Below, in pieces: positions 11,828 through 25,134 of a stretch of DNA of 64,000 nucleotides. A program made the position numbers and the translations under genes. Under the pieces are notes generated by a model. It was not told the origin of the DNA. It ran no database searches and was given only the letters and a program-made list of their open reading frames with translations. Source of the DNA: Magallana gigas (lineage: Eukaryota); the NCBI RefSeq assembly GCF_963853765.1, contig NC_088861.1, forward strand, positions 21,292,281-21,356,280, in the 5' to 3' direction. Each line of letters begins with the position of its first letter. The first letter of the stretch is position 1.

Positions 11828-14809
11828 AGGGCCACAGTAGGGGGATTAAGTTTTAAATAGGAATATAAAGAGAAAATCTGTAAACTTTCTTCTCAAAAAC
11901 TATGACGCCAGGAAAGCTCAAATTAAAATGAAAGCATCTTCAGGTAGTGTAAATTTTAGTTTGTTTAAATCATGGTCCCCGGAGGTAGGGTTGGGCCACA
12001 GTAGGGGGATCAAGTTTTACGTAGGAATATAAAGAGAAAATCTTTAAACTTTCTTCTCAAAAACTATGACGCCAGGAAAGCTCAAATTAAAATGGAAGAA
12101 TCCTCAGGTAGTGTAGATTTTAGTTTGTTCAAATCATGGTCCCCGGAGGTAGGGTTGGGCCACAGTAGGGGGATAAAGTTTTACATAGGAATATATAGAG
12201 AAAATCTGTAAACTTTCTTCTCAAAAACTATGACGCCAGGAAAGCTCAAATTAAAATGGAAGCATCCTCAGGAAGTGAATATTCTTGTTTGTTCAAATCA
12301 TGGCCCCCGGATGTAGGGTAGGGCAACAGTAGGGGGATCAAGTTTTACGTAGGAATATATATAGAGAAAATCTGTAAACTTTCTTCTCAAAAACTATGAC
12401 GCCAGGAAAGCTCAAATTAAAATGGAAGCATCCTCAGGTAGTGTAGATTTAAGTTTGTTCAAATCGTGGTCGACGGGGGTAGGGTTGGACAACAGTAGGG
12501 GGATCAACTTTTATTTAGGAATATATAGAGAAAATCTGTAAACTTTCTTCTCAAAAACTATGACGCCAGGAAAGCTCAAATTCAAATGGAAGCATCTTCA
12601 GGAAGTGAATATTCTTGTTTGTTCAAATTAAGGTCCCCCGGGGTAGGGTTGGGCCACAGTAGGGGGATCAAGTTTTACATAGGAGTATATAGAGAAAATC
12701 TTTAAACTTTCTTCTCAAAAACTATGACGCCAGGAAAGCTCAAATTAAAATGGAAGTATCCTCTGGTAGTGTAGATTTTAGTTTGTTCAAATCATGGTCC
12801 CCGGGGCTAGGGTTGGGCCACAGTAGGGGGATCAAGTTTTACATAGGAGTATATAGAGAAAATCTTTAAACTTTCTTCTCAAAAACTATGACGCCAGGAA
12901 AGCTCAAATTAAAATGGAAGTATCCTCTGGTAGTGTAGATTTTAGTTTGTTCAAATCATGGTCCCCGGGGCTAGGGTTGGGCCACAGTAGGGGGATCAAG
13001 TTTTACATAGGAATATATAGAGAACATTTTTAAACTTTATTCTCAAAAACTATGACGCCAGGAAAGCTCAAATTAAAATAGAAGCATCCTCAGGTAGTGA
13101 ATATTCTTGTTTGTTCAAATCATGGTCCCCGGGGGTAGGGTTGGGCCACAGTAGGGGGATCAAGTTTTACATAGGAATATATAGAGAAAATCTTTAAACT
13201 TTCTTCCCAAAAACTATGACGCCAGGAAAGCTCAAAATAAAACGGAAGCATCCTCAGAAAATGAATATTCTTGTTTGTTCAAATCATGGTCCCCGGGGGA
13301 AGGGATTGGCCACAGTAGGGGGATCAAGTTTTACATAGGAATATATAGAGAAAATCTGTAAACTTCTTCTCAAAAACTATGACGCCAGGAAAGCTCAAAT
13401 TAAAATGGAAGCATCCTCAGGAACTGAATATTCTTGTTTGTTCAAATTATGGTCCCTGGGGGTAGGGTTGGGCTACAGTAGGGGGATCAAGTTTTACATA
13501 GGAGTATATAGAGAAAATCTTTAAACTTTCTTCTCAAAAACTATGACACCAGAAAAGCCCAAATTAAAATGGAAGCATCCTCTGGTAGTGTAGATTTTAG
13601 TTTGTTCAAATCATGGTCCCCGGGGGTAGGGTTGGGCCACAGTAGGGGGATCAAGTTTTAAATAGGAATATAGAGAAAATTTTTAAACTTTCTTCTCAAA
13701 AATTATGACGCCAGGAAAGCTCAAAATAAAATGGAAGCATCCTCAGAAAGTGAATATTCTTGTTTGTTCAGATCATGGTCCCCGGGGGTAGGGATGGGCC
13801 ACAGTAGAGGGGTCAACTTTTACATAGGAATATATAGAGAAATCTGTAAACTTTCTTCTCAAAAACTATGACGCCAGGAAAGCTCAAATTAAAATGGAAG
13901 CATCCCCAGGAACTGAATATTCTTGTTTGTTCAAATTATGGTCCCCGGGGGTAGGGTTGGGCCACAGTAGGGGGATCAAGTTTTACATAGGAGTATATAG
14001 AGAAAATCTTTAAACTTTCTTCTCAAAAACTATGACACCAAAAAAGCCCAAATTAAAATGGAAGCATCCTCTGGTAGTGTAGATTTTAGTTTTTTCAAAT
14101 CATGGTCCCCGGGGCTAGGGTTGGGCCACAGTAGGGGGATCAAGTTTTACATAGGAATATATAGAGAAAATTTTTAAACTTTCTTCTCAAAAACTATGAC
14201 GCCAGGAAAGCTCAAATTAAAATGGAAGCATCCTCAGGAACTGAATATTCTTGTTTGTTCAAATCATGGTCCCCGGGGGTAGGGTTGGGCCACAGTAGGG
14301 GGATCAAGTTTTATATAGGAATATATAGAGAAAATCTTTAAACTTTCTTTTCAAAAACAATGACGCCAGTAAAGCTCAAATTAAAATGGAAGCATTCTCA
14401 GAAAGTGAATATTCTTGTTTGTTCAAATTATGGTCCCCGGGGGTAGGGTTGGGCAACAGTAGGGGGATCAACTTTTACATAGGAATATATAGAGAAAATC
14501 TTTGAACTTTCTTCCCAAAGACTATGACGCAAGGAAAGCTCAAATTAAAATGGAAGTATCCTCTGGTAGTGTAGATTTTTGTTTGTTCAAATCATGGTCC
14601 CCGGGGGTAGGGTTGGGCCACAGTAGGGGGATCAAGTTTTACATAGGAATATATAGAGAAAATCTTTAAACTTTCTTCTCAAAAACTATGACGCCAGGAA
14701 AGCTCAAATTAAAATGGAAGCATCCTCAGGTAGTGTAGATTTAAGTTTGTTCAAATCATGGTCCCCGGGGGTAGGTTTGGGCCACAGTAGGGGGATGAAG
14801 TTTTACATA

Positions 14810-17590
14810 GGAATATATAGAGAAAATCTGTAAACTTTCTTCTCAAAAACAATGACGCCAGGAAAGCTCAAATTCAAATGGAAGCATCCTCAGGTAATGT
14901 AGATTTTAGTTTGTTCAAATCATGGTCCCCGGGGGAAGGGTTGGGCCACAGTAGGGGGATCAAGTTTTACATAGGAATATATAGAGAAAATCTTTAAACT
15001 TTCTTCTCAAAAACTATGACGCCAGGAAAGCTCAAATTAAAATGGAAGCATCCTCAGGTAGTGTAGATTTTAGTTTGTTCAAATCATGGTCCCCGGGGGT
15101 AGGGTAGGGCCACAGTAGGGGGATCAAGTTTTACATAGAAATATATAGAGAAAATCTTTAGACTTTCTTCTAAAAAACTATGACGACAGGAAAGCTCAAA
15201 TTAAAATGGAAGCATCCTCAGGTAGGGTAGATTTTAGTTTGTTCAAATCATGGTCCCCGGGGGGTAGATTTGGGCCACAGTAGGGGGATCAAGTTTTACT
15301 TAGGAATATATAGAGAAAATCTTTAAACATTCATCAAAAAAACTATGACGCCAGGAAAGCTCAAATTAAAATGGAAGCATCCTCAGGTAGTGTAGATTTT
15401 CGTTTGTTCAAATCATGGTCCCCAGGGGTAGGGTAGGGCCACAGTAGGGGGATCAAGTTTTACATAGGAATATATAGAGAAAATCTGTCAACTTTCTTCT
15501 GAAAATCTATGACGCCAGTAAAGCTCAAATTAAAATGGAAGCATCCTCAGGTAGTATAGATTTTAGTTTGTTCAAATCATGGTCCCCGGGGGTAGAGTTG
15601 GGCCACAGTAGGGGGATCAAGTTTTACTTAGGAATATATACAGAAAATCTTTAAACTTTCTTCTCAAAAACTATGACGCCAGGAAAGCTCAAATTAAAAT
15701 GGAAGCATCCTCAGGTAGTGTAGATTTTAGTTTGTTCAAATCATGGTCCCCGGGGGTAGGGTAGGGCCACAGTAGGGGGATCAAGTTTTACATAGGAATA
15801 TAAAGAGAAAATCTGTAAACTTTCTTCTCAAAAACTATGACGCCAGGAAAGCTCAAATTCAAATGGAAGCATCCTCAGGAAGTGAATATTCTTGTTTGTT
15901 CAAATCATGGTCCCCGGATGTAGGGTAGGGCCACAGTAGGGGGATCAAGTTTTACATAGGAGTATAGAGAGAAAATCTTTAAACTTTCTTCTCAAAAACT
16001 ATGACGCCAGGAAAGCTCAAATTAAAATGGAAGAATCCTCAGGTAGTGTAGATTATAGTTTGTTCAAATCATGGTCCCCGGGGGTAGGGTAGGGCCACAG
16101 TAGGGGGATCAAGTTTTACATAGGAATATAAAGAGAAAATCTGTAAACTTTCTTCTCAAAAACTATGACGCCAGGAAAGCTCAAATTCAAATGGAAGCAT
16201 CCTCAGGAAGTGAATATTCTTGTTTGTTCAAATCATGGTCCCCGGATGTAGGGTAGGGCCACAGGAGGGGGATCAAGTTTTACATAGGAGTATAGAGAGA
16301 AAATCTTTAAACTTTCTTCTCAAAAACTATGACGCCAGGAAAGCTCAAATTAAAATGGAAGCATCCTCAGGTAGTGTAGATTTTAGTTTGTTCAAATCAT
16401 GGTCCCCGGAGGTAGGGTTGGGCCACAGTAGGGGGATCAAGTTTTACATAGGAATATATAGAGAAAATCTGTAAACTTTCTTCTCAAAAACTATGACGCC
16501 AGGAAAGCTCAAATTAAAATGGAAGCATCCTCAGGAAGTGAATATTCTTGTTTATTCAAATCATGGCCCCCGGATGTAGGGTAGGGCAACAGTAGGGGGA
16601 TCAAGTTTTACGTAGGAATATATATAGAGAAAATCTGTAAACTTTCTTCTCAAAAACTATGACGCCAGGAAAGCTCAAATTAAAATGGAAGCATCCTCAG
16701 GTAGTGTAGATTTAAGTTTGTTCAAATCGTGGTCGTCGGGGGTAGGGTTGGGCAACAGTAGGGGGATCAACTTTTATTTAGGAATATATAGAGAAAATCT
16801 GTAAACTTTCTTCTCAAAAACTATGACGCCAGGAAAGCTCAAATTCAAATGGAAGCATCCTCAGGAAGTGAATATTCTTGTTTGTTCAAATTAAGGTCCC
16901 CCGGGGTAGGGTTGGGCCACAGTAGGGGGATCAAGTTTTACATAGGAGTATATAGAGAAAATCTTTAAACTTTCTTCTCAAAAACTATGACGCCAGGAAA
17001 GCTCAAATTAAAATGGAAGTATCCTCTGGTAGTGTAGATTTTAGTTTGTTCAAATCATGGTCCCCGGGGGTAGGGTTGGGCCACAGTAGGGGGATCAAGT
17101 TTTACATAGGAATATATAGAGAACATTTTTAAACTTTCTTCTCAAAAACTATGACGCCAGGAAAGCTCAAATTAAAATAGAAGCATCCTCAGGAAGTGAA
17201 TATTCTTGTATGTTCAAATCATGGTCCCCGGGGGTAGGGTTGGGCCACAGTAGGGGGATCAAGTTTTACATAGGAATATATAGAGAAAATCTTTAAACTT
17301 TCTTCCCAAAAACTATGACGCCAGGAAAGCTCAAAATAAAACGGAAGCATCCTCAGAAAATGAATATTCTTGTTTGTTCAAATCATGGTCCCCGGGGGAA
17401 GGGATGGGCCACAGTAGGGGGATCAAGTTTTACATAGGAGTATATAGAGAAAATCTTTAAACTTTCTTCTCAAAAACTATGACACCAAAAAAGCCCAAAT
17501 TAAAATGGAAGCATCCTCTGGTAGTGTAGATTTTAGTTTGTTCAAATCATGGTCCCCGGGGCTAGGGTTGGGCCACAGTAGGGGGATCAA
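14810..17590. repeat. Duplicate of 1-2780
   Basis: See the paired feature 1-2780. Confidence 0.75.
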
Positions 17591-18978
17591 GTTTTACATA
17601 GGAATATATAGAGAACATTTTTAAACTTTCTTCTCAAAAACTATGACGCAAGGAAAGCTCAAATTAAAATGGAAGCATCCTCAGGAACTGAATATTCTTG
17701 TTTGTTCAAATCATGGTCCCCGGGGGTAGGGTTGGGCCACAGTAGGGGGATCAAGTTTTACATAGGAATATATAGAGAAAATCTTTAAACTTTCTTTTCA
17801 AAAACAATGACGCCAGTAAAGCTCAAATTAAAATGGAAGCATTCTCAGAAAGTGAATATTCTTGTTTGTTCAAATTATGGTCCCCGGGGGTAGGGTTGGG
17901 CCACAGTAGGGGGATCAAGTTTTACATAGGAATATATAGAGAAAATCTTTGAACTTTCTTCCCAAAGACTATGACGCAAGGAAAGCTCAAATTAAAATGG
18001 AAGTATCCTCTGGTAGTGTAGATTTTTGTTTGTTCAAATCATGGTCCCCGGGGGTAGGGTTGGGCCACAGTAGGGGGATCAAGTTTTACATAGGAATATA
18101 TAGAGAAAATCTTTAAACTTTCTTCTCAAAAACTATGACGCCAGGAAAGCTCAAATTAAAATAGAAGCATCCTCAGGTAGTGTAGATTTAAGTTTGTTCA
18201 AATCATGGTCCCCGGGGGTAGGTTTTGGCCACAGTAGGGGGATGAAGTTTTACATAGGAATATATAGAGAAAATCTGTAAACTTTCTTCTCAAAAACAAT
18301 GACGCCAGGAAAGCTCAAATTCAAATGGAAGCATCCTCAGGTAATGTAGATTTTAGTTTGTTCAAATCATGGTCCCCGGGGGAAGGGTTGGGCCACAGTA
18401 GGGGGATCAAGTTTTACATAGGAATATATAGAGAAAATCTTTAAACTTTCTTCTCAAAAACTATGACGCCAGGAAAGCTCAAATTAAAATGGAAGCATCC
18501 TCAGGTAGTGTAGATTTTAGTTTGTTCAAATCATGGTCCCCGGGGGTAGGGTAGGGCCACAGTAGGGGGATCAAGTTTTACATAGAAATATATAGAGAAA
18601 ATCTTTAGACTTTCTTCTAAAAAACTATGACGACAGGAAAACTCAAATTAAAATGGAAGCATCCTCAGGTAGGGTAGATTTTAGTTTGTTCAAATCATGG
18701 TCCCCGGGGGTAGATTTGGGCCACAGTAGGGGGATCAAGTTTTACTTAGGAATATATAGAGGAAATCTTTAAACATTCATCAAAAAAACTATGACGCCTG
18801 GAAAGCTCAAATTAAAATGGAAGCATCCTCAGGTAGTGTAGATTTTAGTTTGTTCAAATTATGGTCCCTGGATGTAGGGTAGGGCCACAGTATGGGGTTC
18901 AAGATTTACTTAGAGATATAGAGAAAATCTTTAAACTTTCTTCTCAAACACTATGACGCCAGGAAAGCTCAAATTAAA

Positions 18979-21900
18979 ATGGAAGCATCCTCAGGTAGTG
19001 TAGATTTTAGTTTGTTCAAATCATGGTCCCCAGGGGTAGGGTTGGGCCACAGTAGGGGGATCAAGTTTTACTTAGGAATATATAGAGAAAATCTTTATAC
19101 ATTCTTCGATAAAACTATGACGCCAGGAAAGCTCAAATTAAAATGGAAGCATCCTCAGGTAGTGTAGATTTTAGTTTGCACAGTAGGGGGATCAAGTTTT
19201 ACATAGGAATATATAGAGAAAATCTTTAAACTTTCTTCTCAAAAACTATGACGCCAGGAAAGCTCAAATTAAAATGGAAGCATCCTCAGGTAGTGTAGAT
19301 TTTAGTTTGTTCAAATCATGGTCCCCGGGGGTAGGGTAGGGCCACAGGTGGGGGATCAAGTTTTACATAGGAATATATAGAGAAAATCTGTAAACTTTCT
19401 TCTCAAAAACTATGACGCCAGGAAAGCTCAAATTCAAATGGAAGCATCCTCAGGAAGTGAATATTCTTGTTTGTTCAAATCATGGTCCCCGGATGTAGGG
19501 TAGGGCCACAGGAGGGGGATCAAGTTTTACATAGGAGTATAGAGAGAAAATCTTTAAACTTTCTTCTCAAAAACTATGACGCCAGGAAAGCTCAAATTAA
19601 AATGGAAGAATCCTCAGGTAGTGTAGATTTTAGTTTGTTCAAATCATGGTCCCCGGAGGTAGGGTTGGGCCACAGTAGGGGGATCAAGTTTTACATAGGA
19701 ATATATAGAGAAAATCTGTAAACTTTCTTCTCAAAAACTATGACGCCAGGAAAGCTCAAATTAAAATGGAAGCATCCTCAGGAAGTGAATATTCTTGTTT
19801 ATTCAAATCATGGCCCCCGGATGTAGGGTAGGGCAACAGTAGGGGGATCAAGTTTTACGTAGGAATATATATAGAGAAAATCTGTAAACTTTCTTCTCAA
19901 AAACTATGACGCCAGGAAAGCTCAAATTAAAATGGAAGCATCCTCAGGTAGTGTAGATTTAAGTTTGTTCAAATCGTGGTCGTCGGGGGTAGGGTTGGGC
20001 AACAGTAGGGGGATCAACTTTTATTTAGGAATATATAGAGAAAATCTGTAAACTTTCTTCTCAAAAACTATGACGCCAGGAAAGCTCAAATTCAAATGGA
20101 AGCATCCTCAGGAAGTGAATATTCTTGTTTGTTCAAATTAAGGTCCCCCGGGGTAGGGTTGGGCCACAGTAGGGGGATCAAGTTTTACATAGGAGTATAT
20201 AGAGAAAATCTTTAAACTTTCTTCTCAAAAACTATGACGCCAGGAAAGCTCAAATTAAAATGGAAGTATCCTCTGGTAGTGTAGATTTTAGTTTGTTCAA
20301 ATCATGGTCCCCGGGGGTAGGGTTGGGCCACAGTAGGGGGATCAAGTTTTACATAGCAATATATAGAGAACATTTTTAAACTTTCTCCTCAAAAACTATG
20401 ACGCCAGGAAAGCTCAAATTAAAATAGAAGCATCCTCAGGAAGTGAATATTCTTGTTTGTTCAAATCATGGTCCCCGGGGGTAGGGTTGGGCCACAGTAG
20501 GGGGATCAAGTTTTACATAGGAATATATAGAGAAAATCTTTAAACTTTCTTCCCAAAAACTATGACGCCAGGAAAGCTCAAAATAAAACGGAAGCATCCT
20601 CAGAAAATGAATATTCTTGTTTGTTCAAATCATGGTCCCCGGGGGGAGGGATGGGCCACAGTAGGGGGATCAAGTTTTACATAGGAGTATATAGAGAAAA
20701 TCTTTAAACTTTCTTCTCAAAAACTATGACACCAAAAAAGCCCAAATTAAAATGGAAGCATCCTCTGGTAGTGTAGATTTTAGTTTGTTCAAATCATGGT
20801 CCCCGGGGCTAGGGTTGGGCCACAGTAGGGGGATCAAGTTTTACATAGGAATATATAGAGAAAATTTTTAAACTTTCTTCTCAAAAACTATGACGCCAGG
20901 AAAGCTCAAATTAAAATGGAAGCATCCTCAGGAACTGAATATTCTTGTTTGTTCAAATCATGGTCCCCGGGGGTAGGGTTGGGCCACAGTAGGGGGATCA
21001 AGTTTTACATAGGAATATATAGAGAAAATCTTTAAACTTTCTTTTCAAAAACAATGACGCCAGTAAAGCTCAAATTAAAATGGAAGCATTCTCAGAAAGT
21101 GAATATTCTTGTTTGTTCAAATTATGGTCCCCGGGGGTAGGGTTGGGCCACAGTAGGGGGATCAAGTTTTACATAGGAATATATAGAGAAAATCTTTGAA
21201 CTTTCTTCCCAAAGACTATGACGCAAGGAAAGCTCAAATTAAAATGGAAGTATCCTCTGGTAGTGTAGATTTTTGTTTGTTCAAATCATGGTCCCCGGGG
21301 GTAGGGTTGGGCCACAGTAGGGGGATCAAGTTTTACATAGGAATATATAGAGAAAATCTTTAAACTTTCTTCTCAAAAACTATGACGCCAGGAAAGCTCA
21401 AATTAAAATAGAAGCATCCTCAGGTAGTGTAGATTTAAGTTTGTTTAAATCATGGTCCCCGGGGGTAGGTTTGGGCCACAGTAGGGGGATGAAGTTTTAC
21501 ATAGGAATATATAGAGAAAATCTGTAAACTTTCTTCTCAAAATCAATGACGCCAGGAAAGCTCAAATTCAATTGGAAGCATCCTCAGGTAATGTACATTT
21601 TAGTTTGTTCAAATCATGGTCCCCGGGGGAAGGGTTGGGCCACAGTAGGGGGATCAAGTTTTACATAGGAATATATAGAGAAAATCTTTAAACTTTCTTC
21701 TCAAAAACTATGACGCCAGGAAAGCTCAAATTAAAATGGAAGCATCCTCAGGTAGTGTAGATTTTAGTTTGTTCAAATCATGGTCCCCGGGGGTAGGGTT
21801 GGGCCACAGTAGGGGGATCAAGTTTTACATAGAAATATATAGAGAAAATCTTTAGACTTTCTTCTAAAAAACTATGACGCCAGGAAAGCTCAAATTAAAA

Positions 21901-24900
21901 TGGAAGCATCCTCAGGTAGTGTAGATTTTAGTTTGTTCAAATTATGGTCCCTGGATGTAGGGTAGGGCCACAGTATGGGGTTCAAGATTTACTTAGAGAT
22001 ATAGAGAAAATCTTTAAACTTTCTTCTCAAACACTATGACGCCAGGAAAGCTCAAATTAAAATGGAAGCATCCTCAGGTAGTGTAGATTTTAGTTTGTTC
22101 AAATCATGGTCCCCAGGGGTAGGGTTGGGCCACAGTAGGGGGATCAAGTTTTACTTAGGAATATATAGAGAAAATCTTTATACATTCTTCGATAAAACTA
22201 TGACGCCAGGAAAGCTCAAATTAAAATGGAAGCATCCTCAGGTAGTGTAGATTTTAGTTTGCACAGTAGGGGGATCAAGGAATATATAGAGAAAATCTTT
22301 AAACTTTCTTCTCAAAAACTATGACGCCAGGAAAGCTCAAATTAAAATGGAAGCATCCTCAGGTAGTGTAGGTTTTAATTTGTTCAAATCATGGTCCCCG
22401 GGGGTAGGGTTGGGCCACAGTAGAGGGATCAAGTTTTTCATAGGAATATATAGAGAAAATCTTTCAACTTTCTTCTCAAAAACTATGGCGCCAGGAAAGC
22501 TCAAATTAAAATGGAAGCATCCTCAGATAGAGTAGATTTTAGTTTGTTCAAATCATGGTCCCCGGGGGTAGGTTTGGGCCACAGTAGGGGGTTCAACTTT
22601 TACATAGGAATATATAGAGAAAATCTTTAAACTTTCTTCTCAAAAACTATGACGCCAGGAAAGCTCAAATTAAAATGGAAGCATCCTCAGGAAGTGAATA
22701 TTCTTGTTTATTCAAATCATGGCCCCCGGATGTAGGGTAGGGCAACAGTAGGGGGATCAAGTTTTACGTAGGAATATATATAGAGGAAATCTGTAAACTT
22801 TCTTCTCAAAAACTATGACGCCAGGAAAGCTCAAATTAAAATGGAAGCATCCTCAGGTAGTGTAGATTTAAGTTTGTTCAAATCGTGGTCGTCGGGGGTA
22901 GGGTTGGGCAACAGTAGGGGGATCAACTTTTATTTAGGAATATATAGAGAAAATCTGTAAACTTTCTTCTCAAAAACTATGACGCCAGGAAAGCTCAAAT
23001 TCAAATGGAAGCATCCTCAGGAAGTGAATATTCTTGTTTGTTCAAATTAAGGTCCCCCGGGGTAGGGTTGGGCCACAGTAGGGGGATCAAGTTTTACATA
23101 GGAGTATATAGAGAAAATCTTTAAACTTTCTTCTCAAAAACTATGACGCCAGGAAAGCTAAAATTAAAATGGAAGTATCCTCTGGTAGTGTAGATTTTAG
23201 TTTGTTCAAATCATGGTCCCCGGGGGTAGGGTTGGGCCACAGTAGGGGGATCAAGTTTTACATAGGAATATATAGAGAACATTTTTAAACTTTCTTCTCA
23301 AAAACTATGACGCCAGGAAAGCTCAAATTAAAATAGAAGCATCCTCAGGAAGTGAATATTCTTGTATGTTCAAATCATGGTCCCCGGGGGTAGGGTTGGG
23401 CCACAGTAGGGGGATCAAGTTTTACATAGGAATATATAGAGAAAATCTTTAAACTTTCTTCCCAAAAACTATGACGCCAGGAAAGCTCAAAATAAAACGG
23501 AAGCATCCTCAGAAAATGAATATTCTTGTTTGTTCAAATCATGGTCCCCGGGGGAAGGGATGGGCCACAGTAGGGGGATCAAGTTTTACATAGGAGTATA
23601 TAGAGAAAATCTTTAAACTTTCTTCTCAAAAACTATGACACCAAAAAAGCCCAAATTAAAATGGAAGCATCCTCTGGTAGTGTAGATTTTAGTTTGTTCA
23701 AATCATGGTCCCCGGGGCTAGGGTTGGGCCACAGTAGGGGGATCAAGTTTTACATAGGAATATATAGAGAAAATTTTTAAACTTTCTTCTCAAAAACTAT
23801 GACGCAAGGAAAGCTCAAATTAAAATGGAAGCATCCTCAGGAACTGAATATTCTTGTTTGTTCAAATCATGGTCCCCGGGGGTAGGGTTGGGCCACAGTA
23901 GGGGGATCAAGTTTTACATAGGAATATATAGAGAAAATCTTTAAACTTTCTTTTCAAAAACAATGACGCCAGTAAAGCTCAAATTAAAATGGAAGCATTC
24001 TCAGAAAGTGAATATTCTTGTTTGTTCAAATTATGGTCCCCGGGGGTAGGGTTGGGCCACAGTAGGGGGATCAAGTTTTACATAGGAATATATAGAGAAA
24101 ATCTTTGAACTTTCTTCCCAAAGACTATGACGCAAGGAAAGCTCAAATTAAAATGGAAGTATCCTCTGGTAGTGTAGATTTTTGTTTGTTCAAATCATGG
24201 TCCCCGGGGGTAGGGTTGGGCCACAGTAGGGGGATCAAGTTTTACATAGGAATATATAGAGAAAATCTTTAAACTTTCTTCTCAAAAACTATGACGCCAG
24301 GAAAGCTCAAATTAAAATAGAAGCATCCTCAGGTAGTGTAGATTTAAGTTTGTTCAAATCATGGTCCCCGGGGGTAGGTTTTGGCCACAGTAGGGGGATG
24401 AAGTTTTACATAGGAATATATAGAGAAAATCTGTAAACTTTCTTCTCAAAAACAATGACGCCAGGAAAGCTCAAATTCAAATGGAAGCATCCTCAGGTAA
24501 TGTAGATTTTAGTTTGTTCAAATCATGGTCCCCGGGGGAAGGGTTGGGCCACAGTAGGGGGATCAAGTTTTACATAGGAATATATAGAGAAAATCTTTAA
24601 ACTTTCTTCTCAAAAACTATGACGCCAGGAAAGCTCAAATTAAAATGGAAGCATCCTCAGGTAGTGTAGATTTTAGTTTGTTCAAATCATGGTCCCCGGG
24701 GGTAGGGTAGGGCCACAGTAGGGGGATCAAGTTTTACATAGAAATATATAGAGAAAATCTTTAGACTTTCTTCTAAAAAACTATGACGACAGGAAAACTC
24801 AAATTAAAATGGAAGCATCCTCAGGTAGGGTAGATTTTAGTTTGTTCAAATCATGGTCCCCGGGGGTAGATTTGGGCCACAGTAGGGGGATCAAGTTTTA

Positions 24901-25134
24901 CTTAGGAATATATAGAGGAAATCTTTAAACATTCATCAAAAAAACTATGACGCCTGGAAAGCTCAAATTAAAATGGAAGCATCCTCAGGTAGTGTAGATT
25001 TTAGTTTGTTCAAATTATGGTCCCTGGATGTAGGGTAGGGCCACAGTATGGGGTTCAAGATTTACTTAGAGATATAGAGAAAATCTTTAAACTTTCTTCT
25101 CAAACACTATGACGCCAGGAAAGCTCAAATTAAA
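18979..25134. repeat. Older copy of the 5.66 kb HOR family (6156 bp variant): one monomer is deleted before B2 and it has a longer tail
   Basis: Marker order is B1 18979, A 19467, G ~19981, B2 22062 (+3083 rather than +3247; a 164 bp monomer is missing at ~21852), C 22347, next B1 25135. Confidence 0.65.
19168..19200. repeat. Truncated monomer variant with a 33 bp internal deletion (AGTTTG|CACAGTAGGGGG, junction near 19178); a recurring HOR phase marker
   Basis: The 33 bp TTCAAATCATGGTCCCCGGGGGTAGGGTTGGGC is missing. The same junction recurs at about 22261, 25334, 27923, 30337, 33584, 38954, 42037, 45110, 46223, 49470, 51884, 55131, 57545 and 60792. A subset (22261, 27923, 33584, 42037, 49470, 55131, 60792) carries a further ~10 bp deletion (GATCAAGG|AATATATAG). 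Confidence 0.85.

Larger units (their letters stand above)
1700..12500. repeat. Diverged HOR region with ~5766 bp periodicity, about 2 copies, patchy with internal sub-duplications of ~2.16-2.63 kb and ~0.99 kb
   Basis: cgtggtcgtc variant monomers at 1921/7687, 4546/10310 and 6701/12461 are each 5760-5766 bp apart. The foreign 60 bp insert occurs at 6004 and 11768, 5764 bp apart. AACAATGACGTCAGG ... CATGGCACCCGGATG occurs at ~4310-4390 and ~10075-10150. The periodicity is not uniform: 2800-4300 does not match 8560-10070. Confidence 0.6.
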
